Shown: positions 31,165 to 43,167 of the stretch, in pieces | How positions within the stretch are numbered: the first letter of the stretch is position 1 | How the letters are laid out: every line of letters begins with the position of its first letter | Source: Armatimonadota bacterium | GTDB taxonomy: Bacteria; Armatimonadota; Fimbriimonadia; Fimbriimonadales; GBS-DC | Direction of reading: 5' to 3' | NCBI GenBank assembly: GCA_037445735.1 | Contig: JBBIJY010000001.1 | Span: 133,987-197,986 of the forward strand | Length of the DNA stretch: 64,000 nucleotides | Notes under the pieces: generated by a model | The model's database searches: none | Told to the model about the DNA's origin: nothing | The model's input: only the letters and a program-made list of their open reading frames with translations | Program-made: the position numbers and the translations under genes

Positions 31165-32211
31165 CTGGTGGTTTGTATTGGCAGGCTATTACGGGTATCG
31201 AAACTGGGGGGATGAGGGGGCGCTGGCGGTGCTAACAGCACGGCTGAGTGGCTCGGCGACACGGCTGGTCGCGCTGTCGGGCGATGTCGCCTTCACGCGC
31301 CAGTGCTTCGGCATCGAGGCAGCACCGCGCAACGATTTAAGACAGGTTCGGCAGGCAATCGAGCAGTCGGACGCGCTGATCCTGGGTGGCGGGAGCCTCC
31401 TGCAGGATGCCACCAGCCTGCGCTCGCTCATCTATTACCTCCTGCTGATAGAGTGGGGCTTGCGCGCGCATGGGCGTGTGTGGCTGGTGGGACAGGGCAT
31501 GGGACCCTTTCACCGCCGTATCAGTCGCTGGCTGGTGCGGCGCGCGCTGAATCGTGTGCCCTTTTTGAGCGTGCGGGATGAGTCATCGGCGCAGCTGTTG
31601 CGCTCCATCGGCGTACGGACTCCCATTCGCATCGATGCCGACCTCACCTGGGCGCTGACGCCGCGCCCACCCCATTTTGAGCTGCCACACGGCAAGCCCT
31701 GTGTGGGTCTGGCGCCGCGCCCCTGGCGCGACCTGCCCGTGCAGGAGCTGTTCACGACGCTCTGCTGGCACCAGATAGAGGCGGGCTGGCTACCCGTGTT
31801 GATCCCGATGCAGGAGACTCAGGATCGCCCGCTGTGTGAGGCGATTGCTGATGCGGTGCAGGCGCGAACAGGCGTGCGTCCCGTTATTGCGCCGCCGCCT
31901 GCGCATCCCGCTCAGCTGATGGGGCTGATGGCGAGCCTGCAGGCGATGGTCAGCATGCGGTTGCACGGCGCGATTTTCGCTGCTGCCCAGCGCGTGCCCC
32001 TGCTCTGCATCCGTTATGACCCGAAAGTGGACGCGCTGGCGAAGCAGATCGGCGTGCCCGTGCTGGAAGGCGAAGAAGGCTGGCAAGCCCTGCAGGCGCA
32101 GTCGTGGAACGAGCTGCTTCCCCTGCTCGCCGCGCCTGATGAGACGCGCATCACTCACCTGCGCCAGAAGGCAGAAACACTGATTCAGGCTATTCCGCCC
32201 GATGAGTGTGT

Positions 32212-32224
<13 letters not shown>
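31157..32224 (+). CDS. csaB: Polysaccharide pyruvyl transferase CsaB
   Basis: GYYG..N.GDE, GGGSLLQDATS.RSL.YY, QG.GP, VRD, MRLH, YDPKV. Confidence 0.9.
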
Positions 32225-34820
<2,596 letters not shown>

Positions 34821-34900
34821 TCACCCCATCCCAATCCCGCTCGGTTAAGGTACACTCTCTACAGGCTCGATGTCGAGCCAGGAGGAAGGAGGTTGAAACG

Positions 34901-36400
34901 ATGAAACCTGTAGAGGCGATGAACCTGATTCGAGGGCAGTGGCAGGAATCGGTTTCGGGCAACCGTTTCGAGAGCTATAACCCTGCCGACACGCGCGAGA
35001 TTATCGGCACCGCGCCGCGTTCCACCCCGGAAGATGTCGATAGAGCTGTTAACGCCGCCCGCGAGGCGTTCGAGAGCTGGCGACGCACCTCGCGCGTCAA
35101 GCGCGGCGAATATATCGACCAGTTAGCGCAGCTGATCAAGCGCGACCTGAACGCACTGGCGGAGCTGGTGACGCGCGAGTGCGGTAAGCCCCTCAACGAG
35201 GGGCGCGCCGATGTGGTCGAAGCGCTCCATATGGCGCAATATGTGGCGGGCATGGCGCGCATGCCGCACGGCGAGATTATTGAGAGCGAAATCGCCGAGA
35301 AGGACGCCTACATCCTGCGCAAGCCCAAAGGCGTGGTGGCATGCATCACCCCGTGGAACTTCCCGATTGCTATCCCTCTCTGGACCATTCTGCCCAGCCT
35401 GTTAGAGGGCAACACGGTGGTGTTCAAGCCGTCCGAAGACACGCCCATCTGCGCCCATCGGCTGATCGAGCTGTTCGTGGAGGCGGGCTTCCCGCCAGGC
35501 GTCATCAATGTGATTCAGGGCTACGGCGAGGACGCGGGCGACGCGCTGGTGCATCACCCTGGCGTCGATGTGGTCGTGTTCACAGGCTCCTATGCTGTCG
35601 GACGCTATATCGAGCAGGAGTGCGCCAAACAGCACAAGTTCTGCGCCGTTGAGATGGGCGGCAAGAACGCCGTGATTGTGCTGGACGACGCGAACCTCGA
35701 TATCGCCGTCCATGCCGCGATTCTGTCCGCCTTCAAGACCAGCGGTCAGCGGTGCGTCTCCGCCAACCGCATCATTGTGCATGAGAAGATCGAGCCGGAG
35801 TTCACCCGCCGCTTTGTGGAGACCGCCCGCCAGATTAAAATCGGCAACGGTCTGGACCCCGACACCTTCATGGGACCGCTGATCAACGAGCAGGGCGTGC
35901 AGAAGTACCTTCATCATAATCAGAAGGCGATTGAGGAGGGCGCGGAGGTGCTGCTGCCGGGCGGCTTGCTTAAAGAGGGCGAGCTGCAGTACGGGCACTT
36001 CGTCGCGCCGTTTGTCTATCGCATGCGCCACCGCTCCGACAGCTTTGTGTTGCGCGAGGAGGCGTTCAGCCCCCATGTGGCGATTATCCCTGTCAGCAGT
36101 CTGGAGGAGGCGGTGTTCGTGTATAACGACACGCCCTACGGGCTGGCGATGGCGGTCATCACCGAGGACTACCGCAAGTGGCGCTATGTGCGCGACAACT
36201 GCGAGTTCGGCGTGGGCTATGTGAACCTGCCGAGCATCGGCGCGGAGGTGCATCTGCCGTTCGGCGGGGTCAAGGGCAGCGGCAACGGGCATCCGAGCGC
36301 GTCCGCCCTGTTTGATGCCGTCACTCACAAGGTCGCCTTCACGGTGAACCACGGCACCGAAATCAAGATGGCGCAGGGGCTGAGCGCAAAGATTCGCTGA
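34901..36400 (+). CDS. Aldehyde dehydrogenase
   Basis: ITPWNFP, KPSE, FTGS, EMGGKN, GQRC, PFGG.K.SG. Confidence 0.95.
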   Translation: MKPVEAMNLIRGQWQESVSGNRFESYNPADTREIIGTAPRSTPEDVDRAVNAAREAFESWRRTSRVKRGEYIDQLAQLIKRDLNALAELVTRECGKPLNEGRADVVEALHMAQYVAGMARMPHGEIIESEIAEKDAYILRKPKGVVACITPWNFPIAIPLWTILPSLLEGNTVVFKPSEDTPICAHRLIELFVEAGFPPGVINVIQGYGEDAGDALVHHPGVDVVVFTGSYAVGRYIEQECAKQHKFCAVEMGGKNAVIVLDDANLDIAVHAAILSAFKTSGQRCVSANRIIVHEKIEPEFTRRFVETARQIKIGNGLDPDTFMGPLINEQGVQKYLHHNQKAIEEGAEVLLPGGLLKEGELQYGHFVAPFVYRMRHRSDSFVLREEAFSPHVAIIPVSSLEEAVFVYNDTPYGLAMAVITEDYRKWRYVRDNCEFGVGYVNLPSIGAEVHLPFGGVKGSGNGHPSASALFDAVTHKVAFTVNHGTEIKMAQGLSAKIR

Positions 36401-36408
36401 GTGAGTCC

Positions 36409-36497
36409 TCCTCACCCCAACCCTCTCCCACGCTGTGGGAGAGGGAGCCATTTGCCCCTCTCCCCCACCTGCGGGGAGAGGGTACGGGTGGAGGGGG
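36409..36497. repeat. REP-like double-hairpin repeat
   Basis: cctcaccccaaccctctcccac...gtgggagaggg...ccctctcccc...ggggagagggtacgggtggagggg, just after the ALDH stop. Confidence 0.8.
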
Positions 36498-36693
36498 CAA
36501 AGCACCCCTGTGCAGCGAGAAGGATTTTGAAGAAGAGAGGGCGTCGATAGGCAGGCGCGAAACAGCTCCTTTCATTCAGCTGAGCCGCAAAGCGGGCGGA
36601 CCCACCTCGCGCTGCAGCACGACGCCCCAATCAAGCATAAGGGCTATGAACCCTCTGAAGGAGTAGCAGCAACTTCTGTGCCAAACACCCCGC

Positions 36694-37947
36694 TTATGAA
36701 GATTCCTCAAGTGATATGGCAGGTTTGCCCGCCACATAGACCGTTCGCACAACCGGTGCACCCAGCGTGTAGGGCAAATCGCGCCAGTCGGGACTGGTCA
36801 GCACGAGGAAGTCGGCGCGTGCACCGGGTATTAATGCGCCCCGATCGCTCAACCCCAGCGCGGACGCCGCGTTGACCGTGCCCGCCACCAGCGACTCGGC
36901 AGGCGTCAAGCGGTTCAGGCGCACGGCGAGCGCCAGCGCCAGCTGCATCGAGCAGAGCGGGCTGGAGCCAGGGTTCAAATCGGTGCCGACAGCGACGGCA
37001 GCGCCCGCCTCTATCAGCGCGCGTGCAGGCGCAGGCGGCAAGCCCAGATGCAGGCTCACACCAGGCAGAATCGTGGCGATGGTCGAACTGTTCGCCAGCG
37101 CGCGAATCTGCGCCTCGCCCGACGCCTCTAAATGATCCACCGAGCGTGCGCCGAGCCGCACCGCCAGCTCCACACCACCCTGCGCGTGGAACTGGTCGGC
37201 GTGCGCTTTGATGTCCAGCCCGTATGCCTGCGCAGCTCGCAATACTTGCTCCGCTTCCGCCACGCTGAACGCCTCCCGCTCGATAAAGATGTCCACCGCT
37301 CGCGCCAGCCCCCGACGCGCCACTTCAGGAATGAGCTGGTCGCACACTGTGTGCAGATAGGTGTCGCGCCCCTCGCGCGGCGGCACATGGATCAGCAAAG
37401 TGGGCACAATTGTGGGCGGCGTGATGCCCCGCTGTGCCATCACTTCGGGCAGGCGGGCAATCGCCTCCAGCATCCGAATCTCAGCGTCAGGGGTCAGCCC
37501 GTAGCCCGACTTGATTTCGAGCGTGGTTGCACCCGAACGCATCAGTTGAACAACGCGCGGCACGGTCAGCTCGATCAGCGTTTCGATGCTGACTTGCGCC
37601 GTGTGGCGGACGGTGTGATAGATGCCGCCCCCGCGCGCCAGGATGGCTTCATAGGGCACGCCCTGCGCTCGCGCCTCAAAATCGTCCAGTCGGTCGCCTG
37701 CCCACATCGCGTGCGTGTGGGGGTCGATCAATCCGGGTACGACGGCGCGCCTATCCAGATCGATGGTCTGGCGGGCGCGTCCATGCCACTCCCTGCGTGC
37801 GCCTGCCCACACGATGCGCCCCGCCCGTGATGCGAGGGCGGCGTCGGGGATGACCTGCACCTGCGCCATCTCCGCGCCCCGATGCACGCCCAGTCGCAGC
37901 GGCGTCGCCAACTGCGCAATGTTCACAAACAGCTGGTCGGCTTCCAT
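36694..37947 (-). CDS. hutI: Imidazolonepropionase
   Basis: PGLIDPHTH, GGGI..TV, EIKSGYGL, HADQF, S.DHLE, TD.NPGSS. Confidence 0.95.
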   Translation of the reverse strand: MEADQLFVNIAQLATPLRLGVHRGAEMAQVQVIPDAALASRAGRIVWAGARREWHGRARQTIDLDRRAVVPGLIDPHTHAMWAGDRLDDFEARAQGVPYEAILARGGGIYHTVRHTAQVSIETLIELTVPRVVQLMRSGATTLEIKSGYGLTPDAEIRMLEAIARLPEVMAQRGITPPTIVPTLLIHVPPREGRDTYLHTVCDQLIPEVARRGLARAVDIFIEREAFSVAEAEQVLRAAQAYGLDIKAHADQFHAQGGVELAVRLGARSVDHLEASGEAQIRALANSSTIATILPGVSLHLGLPPAPARALIEAGAAVAVGTDLNPGSSPLCSMQLALALAVRLNRLTPAESLVAGTVNAASALGLSDRGALIPGARADFLVLTSPDWRDLPYTLGAPVVRTVYVAGKPAISLEESS

Positions 37948-37953
37948 CAGCGC

Positions 37954-38685
37954 CTACAGGTTCACTTTATCGTTCGGCAGCAGCACCTGCAGTTGCAGGT
38001 CGCGGCAGCCCAGCAGGTTCGCCTCGCGGTGCGGTCGGGCGCGAGCGCGAACGATCACCACCTGCCCGCGCTGGACACTCAGCGTATTACCCTGCACGAG
38101 GCACCATGCGTTCTCGTCGACCCCGATGCCCGTCAGGCTGGGATACTCCAGCACGGCGCAGAGCAGTCGGGGTAGCCGTCGCCGCTTCAGAAAGTGCTGG
38201 TCAATCACGGTATTGGGCAGGAGGTTGAGCGCGGGCGCGAGCGCGCTGCTGCCTGCCTGCAGGTTGCCATCGGGCGATTCCTCACCCGTGGGCATGCGGG
38301 CGCCCATCAGTGAAGCGCCCGCGCTCGTGCCGCCCACCACGCCCCCACGCGCCAGCACCGCCCGCAACGCCGTACGCAGGCGCCAGGATGCACCCAGCCG
38401 CTCCATGAAGCGGTTCTGGTCGCCGCCCGGTATCCAGACGCCCTGCGCCGTTTCGACAAGCGCGGCGATTTCGTCGGGATCGAGCGTGTCAGGCGCGATC
38501 AGGTTGCGTGCGCCGTTCTCCCGAAAGAACCCGGCGGAGCGCTGTGCCCCGCGCACCACCTCGCGCTGACTGTGCGCCAGCACCACGATTCGCGCCTCCG
38601 TGCCACCCGCCAGCCGAATCAGCATCTGGGGCACTTCCGAGGGCGTCGCGCCGCCTCCCACCAGTATCACTGCGCCCTGCCGCAC
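37954..38685 (-). CDS. Cyanophycinase (peptidase S51)
   Basis: VGGG, GGDQ, GGTSAGA, IDQHF..R.R..RL, GVDE; GTG start chosen 7 nt after a GG-TATTCT box. Confidence 0.85.
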   Translation of the reverse strand: MRQGAVILVGGGATPSEVPQMLIRLAGGTEARIVVLAHSQREVVRGAQRSAGFFRENGARNLIAPDTLDPDEIAALVETAQGVWIPGGDQNRFMERLGASWRLRTALRAVLARGGVVGGTSAGASLMGARMPTGEESPDGNLQAGSSALAPALNLLPNTVIDQHFLKRRRLPRLLCAVLEYPSLTGIGVDENAWCLVQGNTLSVQRGQVVIVRARARPHREANLLGCRDLQLQVLLPNDKVNL

Positions 38686-38725
38686 AGAAGTGAGAATACC
38701 CGCAAGGGGGTATACTCCTGCTAAT

Positions 38726-40573
38726 ATGGGCGCTGTGCGCACGGATGCGGAAGTTCAGATGGAGGTCTACTATCGTCCCCATCGTTCCAGTCGGGCGATT
38801 CTGGAGCCTGAACCGCCGCTGAGCGAGCTGGGCGCCACTTTCTGGGTGATTGTGCACAATCGGCGACGCCAGCCCCGCAATGTGAGCGCGATTTTAATCA
38901 ACGGTGTGCCCGCCGAATCGCTCACCAGCGGCAACGGGCTGAACTGGTTCCGCCTCACGCCGGAGCCGCTGCCACCAGGTGGCACCGCACTGCTGATTCT
39001 GAACATGCAGGCGTCGCTGCTGCGTCGGTCGCCGCTGCGCCTGAGCCTGTGGCTGGCGGACGGCGCACGCCATGAATGGGTGCTGCCCACCGATTCGTCG
39101 CCGCTGACGCTCGCCAGCGCGTGGCTGGACGGGCGCGAGCTGACAGTGGTGGTGCGCAACGATGACCCGCAACGCGCATGGCGCATCGAGCGGCTGCGCG
39201 TGGACGGCAGACCCGTGCGCTTCCGAACGCCCGATGCCACCCTCGCGCCCCGCACGCTCACCTTCGTCCATGCCCGACTGCCCCACACGCCTGAACCCCA
39301 TACAAGCCCCATCCTGCAGGTCGATGCACGCGCGGGTGTGGCGACCACCATGACAGCAGGCACGGTGCGACCCACGCCCCGATTCTTCCCGATTGGCACA
39401 TGGCGTACTGCGGCGTGGCAGGATGAGGCGCTCATGCGGGAGCTAACCGAGCGCGGCTTCGACACCTTCGTGTTCAGCGCGTCGGATGAACCAAACGAAG
39501 TCGAGCGACGTGCCTTCGAGCAGATATGCCCGCAGCGAAGTGTCAGGGCGCTGGTATTTGCGGGCTTTCCACGCCCCGCCGCGCGCTTTATCGAACGCCA
39601 CGCCCGCAACCCCCACATCGCAGCTTATATGATCAAGGACGAACCCGACTGGACCTCGCCGCGCGAGGTGGATGGCTGGCACCTGCCCACGCTGTGCGAA
39701 CGGATTGCCCGGTTCATTCGGGATCGGCAGGTGACGCCGCCGCTCTATCTCAATCTGGCGCGTTCGCGTCGCTTCGGCGAGTTCGCCACCATCCCCGACA
39801 TCGCCTGCTACGATGCCTATCGCGTCGGTGCACCGATGCCCGATTTGTCGCCTGTGCCGTGGGGCAATCGGCTGGAACTGGCGGCGACCTACACAGAGGA
39901 TTTGCGCGCGAACTGCGAGCCGCTGCCCTTCTGGGTGTGGGCGCAGGGAGCGCACGCATGGGATGAGCGCGTCTGGGTTGATGGACAGATCGGGCGGGCA
40001 TGCCCCACCCCCGAGGAGATTCGGGTTCAACTCTGGCTCCAGCTGAGCCGTGGCGCGAAGGGCGTCCTGTGGTTCACCACCTTCCGCGAGGAGGAGTTCC
40101 GCCGCCGCTACAGCGTGAATCCCGCCCTTCAACGCCTGCCCGAAACGGAGCGCCAGCGCGTGATGGAGCAACTGGTCGCGCACGGGCGCGAGGCATACGC
40201 GGAGCAGACACGCCTGAACCGATTTGTGCAGGCTGTGCGCGACCGCCTGCTGCGCATGGAATGGGCGGGCAACGCGACGATTGAGCAGGCAAGCAACCCG
40301 AAACGGCTGGACGCCGCGATCCTGCTGGGCGAGCGCGAAGCCGCGCTGTGGCTGACCAATCTGGACTATGAGATGCACCCGCAGGGATATCGGTTCCGTG
40401 AACAGCGCAGCATTCGGGTGCTGGTGCCGTTGCCGCGCTGGTTCAAGCCGCGCCGTGCGCAGTTTCGTGACCCTGCCAGCGAGCGCGAAATCGAGTTTCA
40501 GCCCGTGCCTGAAGGCGTGCGCATCGCGCTGGACACCCTGCCCGAACAGGTGGGCAGCCTCTGGCTGGAGTGA
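38726..40573 (+). CDS. Hypothetical protein, possibly glycoside-hydrolase-like TIM barrel
   Basis: FPIG.W, Y.IKDEPD, D.Y, P..EEIR.Q....L..GAKG..WF pattern. Confidence 0.6.
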   Translation: MGAVRTDAEVQMEVYYRPHRSSRAILEPEPPLSELGATFWVIVHNRRRQPRNVSAILINGVPAESLTSGNGLNWFRLTPEPLPPGGTALLILNMQASLLRRSPLRLSLWLADGARHEWVLPTDSSPLTLASAWLDGRELTVVVRNDDPQRAWRIERLRVDGRPVRFRTPDATLAPRTLTFVHARLPHTPEPHTSPILQVDARAGVATTMTAGTVRPTPRFFPIGTWRTAAWQDEALMRELTERGFDTFVFSASDEPNEVERRAFEQICPQRSVRALVFAGFPRPAARFIERHARNPHIAAYMIKDEPDWTSPREVDGWHLPTLCERIARFIRDRQVTPPLYLNLARSRRFGEFATIPDIACYDAYRVGAPMPDLSPVPWGNRLELAATYTEDLRANCEPLPFWVWAQGAHAWDERVWVDGQIGRACPTPEEIRVQLWLQLSRGAKGVLWFTTFREEEFRRRYSVNPALQRLPETERQRVMEQLVAHGREAYAEQTRLNRFVQAVRDRLLRMEWAGNATIEQASNPKRLDAAILLGEREAALWLTNLDYEMHPQGYRFREQRSIRVLVPLPRWFKPRRAQFRDPASEREIEFQPVPEGVRIALDTLPEQVGSLWLE

Positions 40574-40582
40574 ACCTGCCAC

Positions 40583-40927
40583 TTAGCCCGGCGGCCAGGT
40601 CATCTGGCGCCCGCCCAGCAGATGAAAATGCAGGTGGAACACCGACTGCCCTGCGGCGCGGTTCGTGTTCAGCACCACACGATAGCCCTCCGCTTCGATG
40701 CCCTCCTGGCGAGCAAGCTGCGCGCACACCCTTAGCAGATGCCCCAGCAGCAGCGCATGATCGGGCTGCACCTGTGCCAGGCTCGGAATGTGCGCACGGG
40801 GCACCACCAGCACATGCACGGGCGCCTGCGGGTTAATATCCCGAAAGGCGACCGCCTGCTCGTCTTCATAGATGATATTAGCAGGTATCTCCCGCGCCAC
40901 GATTTTGCAAAACAGGCATTCACTCAT
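40583..40927 (-). CDS. HIT (histidine triad) nucleotide-binding protein
   Basis: CLFCKI, AFRDINPQAP.H.LV, GQ.VFHLHFHLLGGR...WPPG. Confidence 0.96.
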   Translation of the reverse strand: MSECLFCKIVAREIPANIIYEDEQAVAFRDINPQAPVHVLVVPRAHIPSLAQVQPDHALLLGHLLRVCAQLARQEGIEAEGYRVVLNTNRAAGQSVFHLHFHLLGGRQMTWPPG

Positions 40928-41666
40928 GGTGGCTCTCCTCCTTCAGGTGTGTCAGGCGCACGCCCGTCAGCAGCTCCCGCAGCTTCTGCAGCACCTCCTG
41001 CTCCATCTGGCGCACCTCGTCGACCTTGAGCGAGAACATCTCGGCGACCTCTTCGTGCGTATGCACGCGCTCGCCGTGCAGCCCGTGCAGGAGCTTGATG
41101 AGCGCGCGTTCAGCTGGCAGCAGGGTCGCCAGCGCGCTCTCTAACTGTTTGCCGTCGACGCTCAGCGGGTCCAGCGCCTCGGCTTGCGCGGCGAGCGTGG
41201 CTTTCTGGCGCTTCTCCCGCTCATGCCACATGCGCACCACGCCCTCCACCTGCCGATAGTTGACCGTCTCCACATAGTAGCCCTCCGCCCAGAAACTGCG
41301 CTTGCCGATACGCCGCTCCAGGCGCGGCATCGCCTCAAACAGGCGGTGCGCTGTGCCACGCTTGATATTGCCCACTAAATCGGTCAGTGCCACCGTCGGC
41401 TTATAACTGACCAGCAGATTCACCTGGTTCGGTTTCAGATAGTAGGCGACGAGCTGATACTCATATTGCTGGCAGACCTCGCGCAGCGCATGGATGAAGG
41501 CGGGGATAACCTCTTCATCCAACAGCGGCTGGCGGGCGCGAGTGTAGAAAGTCGCGAGGCAATACAAACGGTAGGCGCTCGATCCACTGGTGTGGACCTG
41601 CTCATAAGGCGACCCCGTAGTCTGTCGTGCTGGTGAACCAGCCGTCTGCTCGCGTTGTGCTGGCAT
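40920..41666 (-). CDS. Inactivated IS200/IS605 TnpA-like (Y1) domain fused to a sigma70 region-4 domain
   Basis: TnpA-like YRLY....TR.R.PLL ... P.VAL..LVG.IK....H.L ... FWAEGYYVETV, with HxH read as QVN and no Tyr in the final helix; C-terminal L...ER..I.L..GL......T.EEVA..F.L....VRQ.E...L.KLR; purine-rich RBS before ATG 41666. Confidence 0.8.
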   Translation of the reverse strand: MPAQREQTAGSPARQTTGSPYEQVHTSGSSAYRLYCLATFYTRARQPLLDEEVIPAFIHALREVCQQYEYQLVAYYLKPNQVNLLVSYKPTVALTDLVGNIKRGTAHRLFEAMPRLERRIGKRSFWAEGYYVETVNYRQVEGVVRMWHEREKRQKATLAAQAEALDPLSVDGKQLESALATLLPAERALIKLLHGLHGERVHTHEEVAEMFSLKVDEVRQMEQEVLQKLRELLTGVRLTHLKEESHHE

Positions 41667-41769
41667 TCCTTCCACGCCTCCACACAAAAAAGCCCTGTAC
41701 AGCCTATCTTCCATAGTATACCCTACTTCTTGCGTTCCTTCCTGCCCGCGCAGGTAAAATTCCTGTGGA

Positions 41770-43143
41770 ATGGGCGCTCCGAAACGACCAGTGCTGGCGA
41801 TTGTGGGACGACCGAATGTGGGCAAATCGACGCTTTTTAATCGCCTGCTGGGTCGGCGGGTGGCGATTGTGGAGGCGATACCCGGCGTGACGCGCGACCG
41901 CCTCTATGGGGAAGCCGAATGGCAGGCTCGCCCCTTCATCGTGATCGACACGGGCGGAATCCTGTTCGGTGCGGACGACCCGCTGCTGGAGCAGGTGCGC
42001 GTGCAGGCGCAGATCGCCATCCACGAAGCCGACTGCGTGCTGTTTCTGGTGGACGCCCGCGAGGGGTTGAACCCCGTCGATGAAGAGATTGCCAATCTCC
42101 TGCGCCGCAGCGGCAAGCCCGTGCTGCTGCTGGTGAACAAAGCCGATAACCCCACACGCTGGGAAGCCCAGCGCGCCGAGTTCTTCCGACTGGGGCTGGG
42201 CGAGCCGATCCCCATCTCCGCCATTCACGGGCATAACTTAGCCGAAGTGCTGGAGGAAGCCTTCCAGCGCATCGAGGCGGACACCCCACCCAAAATAGAG
42301 GAAGCGACCACCGAGCCGCTCCGCCTGGCGATTGTAGGGCGACCGAATGTGGGCAAATCGTCGCTGCTGAACGCGATCCTGAACGAGCCGCGCGCGATTG
42401 TGAGCGAGAAGGCGGGCACCACACGCGACGCGCTCGACACACCCTTCACCTGGAACGGTCAGCCGATGGTGCTGATCGACACGGCGGGCATCCGTCGCCC
42501 CGGTCAGGTGCAGGGTTCGCTGGACTATTATGCGCAGTTGCGAGCGGAGCGCGCCCTGCAGCGTGCCGATGTCGCGCTGGTGGTCATCGACGCAAACGAG
42601 GGGCTGACCCACCGCGATCGCCGAATCGCCCAGCTCGCCATCGACGCTGGACGCGCATGCGTCTGGGTCGCCAACAAGTGGGACCTGGTGGAGCCGCCCG
42701 ACAGTCAACTCGCCCAAAATACGCCCGCCAAACGCGACTTCATCCGACTGGTTCAGCAGAGCGCGCCCGCGCTCGATTTTGTGCCCCTCCAGTTCGTGTC
42801 AGCGCTCCATCAGGCGGGCATCGAACCGCTGCTGAAGACCGCCCTGCAGGTCGCCGAGTTCCATAGCATGCGCGTCTCAACGGGTGAACTCAATCGGCTC
42901 ATTCACGACGCGCTCTATGAACGACCCTACTCGCGCAAGGGCAAGCCGCTCAAGATTTACTATGCCACGATGGCAGAGGTGCGCCCGCCCACGATTGTGC
43001 TGTTCGTGAACGACCCCGATATTGTCCACTTCTCGTACCTGCGCTATCTGGAGAATCGGCTCCGCGAGCGGTACGCCTACACGGGCACACCCATCCGCTG
43101 GGTGGTGCGACCCGCCCACAAGGAGCCGGAATCAACCGCCTGA
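41770..43143 (+). CDS. der: Ribosome biogenesis GTPase Der (EngA)
   Basis: Two GRPNVGKS G-domains, DTGG/DTAG, NKAD/NKWD, C-terminal KH-like domain. Confidence 0.97.
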   Translation: MGAPKRPVLAIVGRPNVGKSTLFNRLLGRRVAIVEAIPGVTRDRLYGEAEWQARPFIVIDTGGILFGADDPLLEQVRVQAQIAIHEADCVLFLVDAREGLNPVDEEIANLLRRSGKPVLLLVNKADNPTRWEAQRAEFFRLGLGEPIPISAIHGHNLAEVLEEAFQRIEADTPPKIEEATTEPLRLAIVGRPNVGKSSLLNAILNEPRAIVSEKAGTTRDALDTPFTWNGQPMVLIDTAGIRRPGQVQGSLDYYAQLRAERALQRADVALVVIDANEGLTHRDRRIAQLAIDAGRACVWVANKWDLVEPPDSQLAQNTPAKRDFIRLVQQSAPALDFVPLQFVSALHQAGIEPLLKTALQVAEFHSMRVSTGELNRLIHDALYERPYSRKGKPLKIYYATMAEVRPPTIVLFVNDPDIVHFSYLRYLENRLRERYAYTGTPIRWVVRPAHKEPESTA

Positions 43144-43167
43144 AACCCTTTGAGTATAATAAGGGCT

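Noticed and set aside
40920-41825. Active IS200/IS605 insertion sequence
   Set aside because: HUH and Tyr residues are absent, there is no tnpB, and I saw no terminal hairpins
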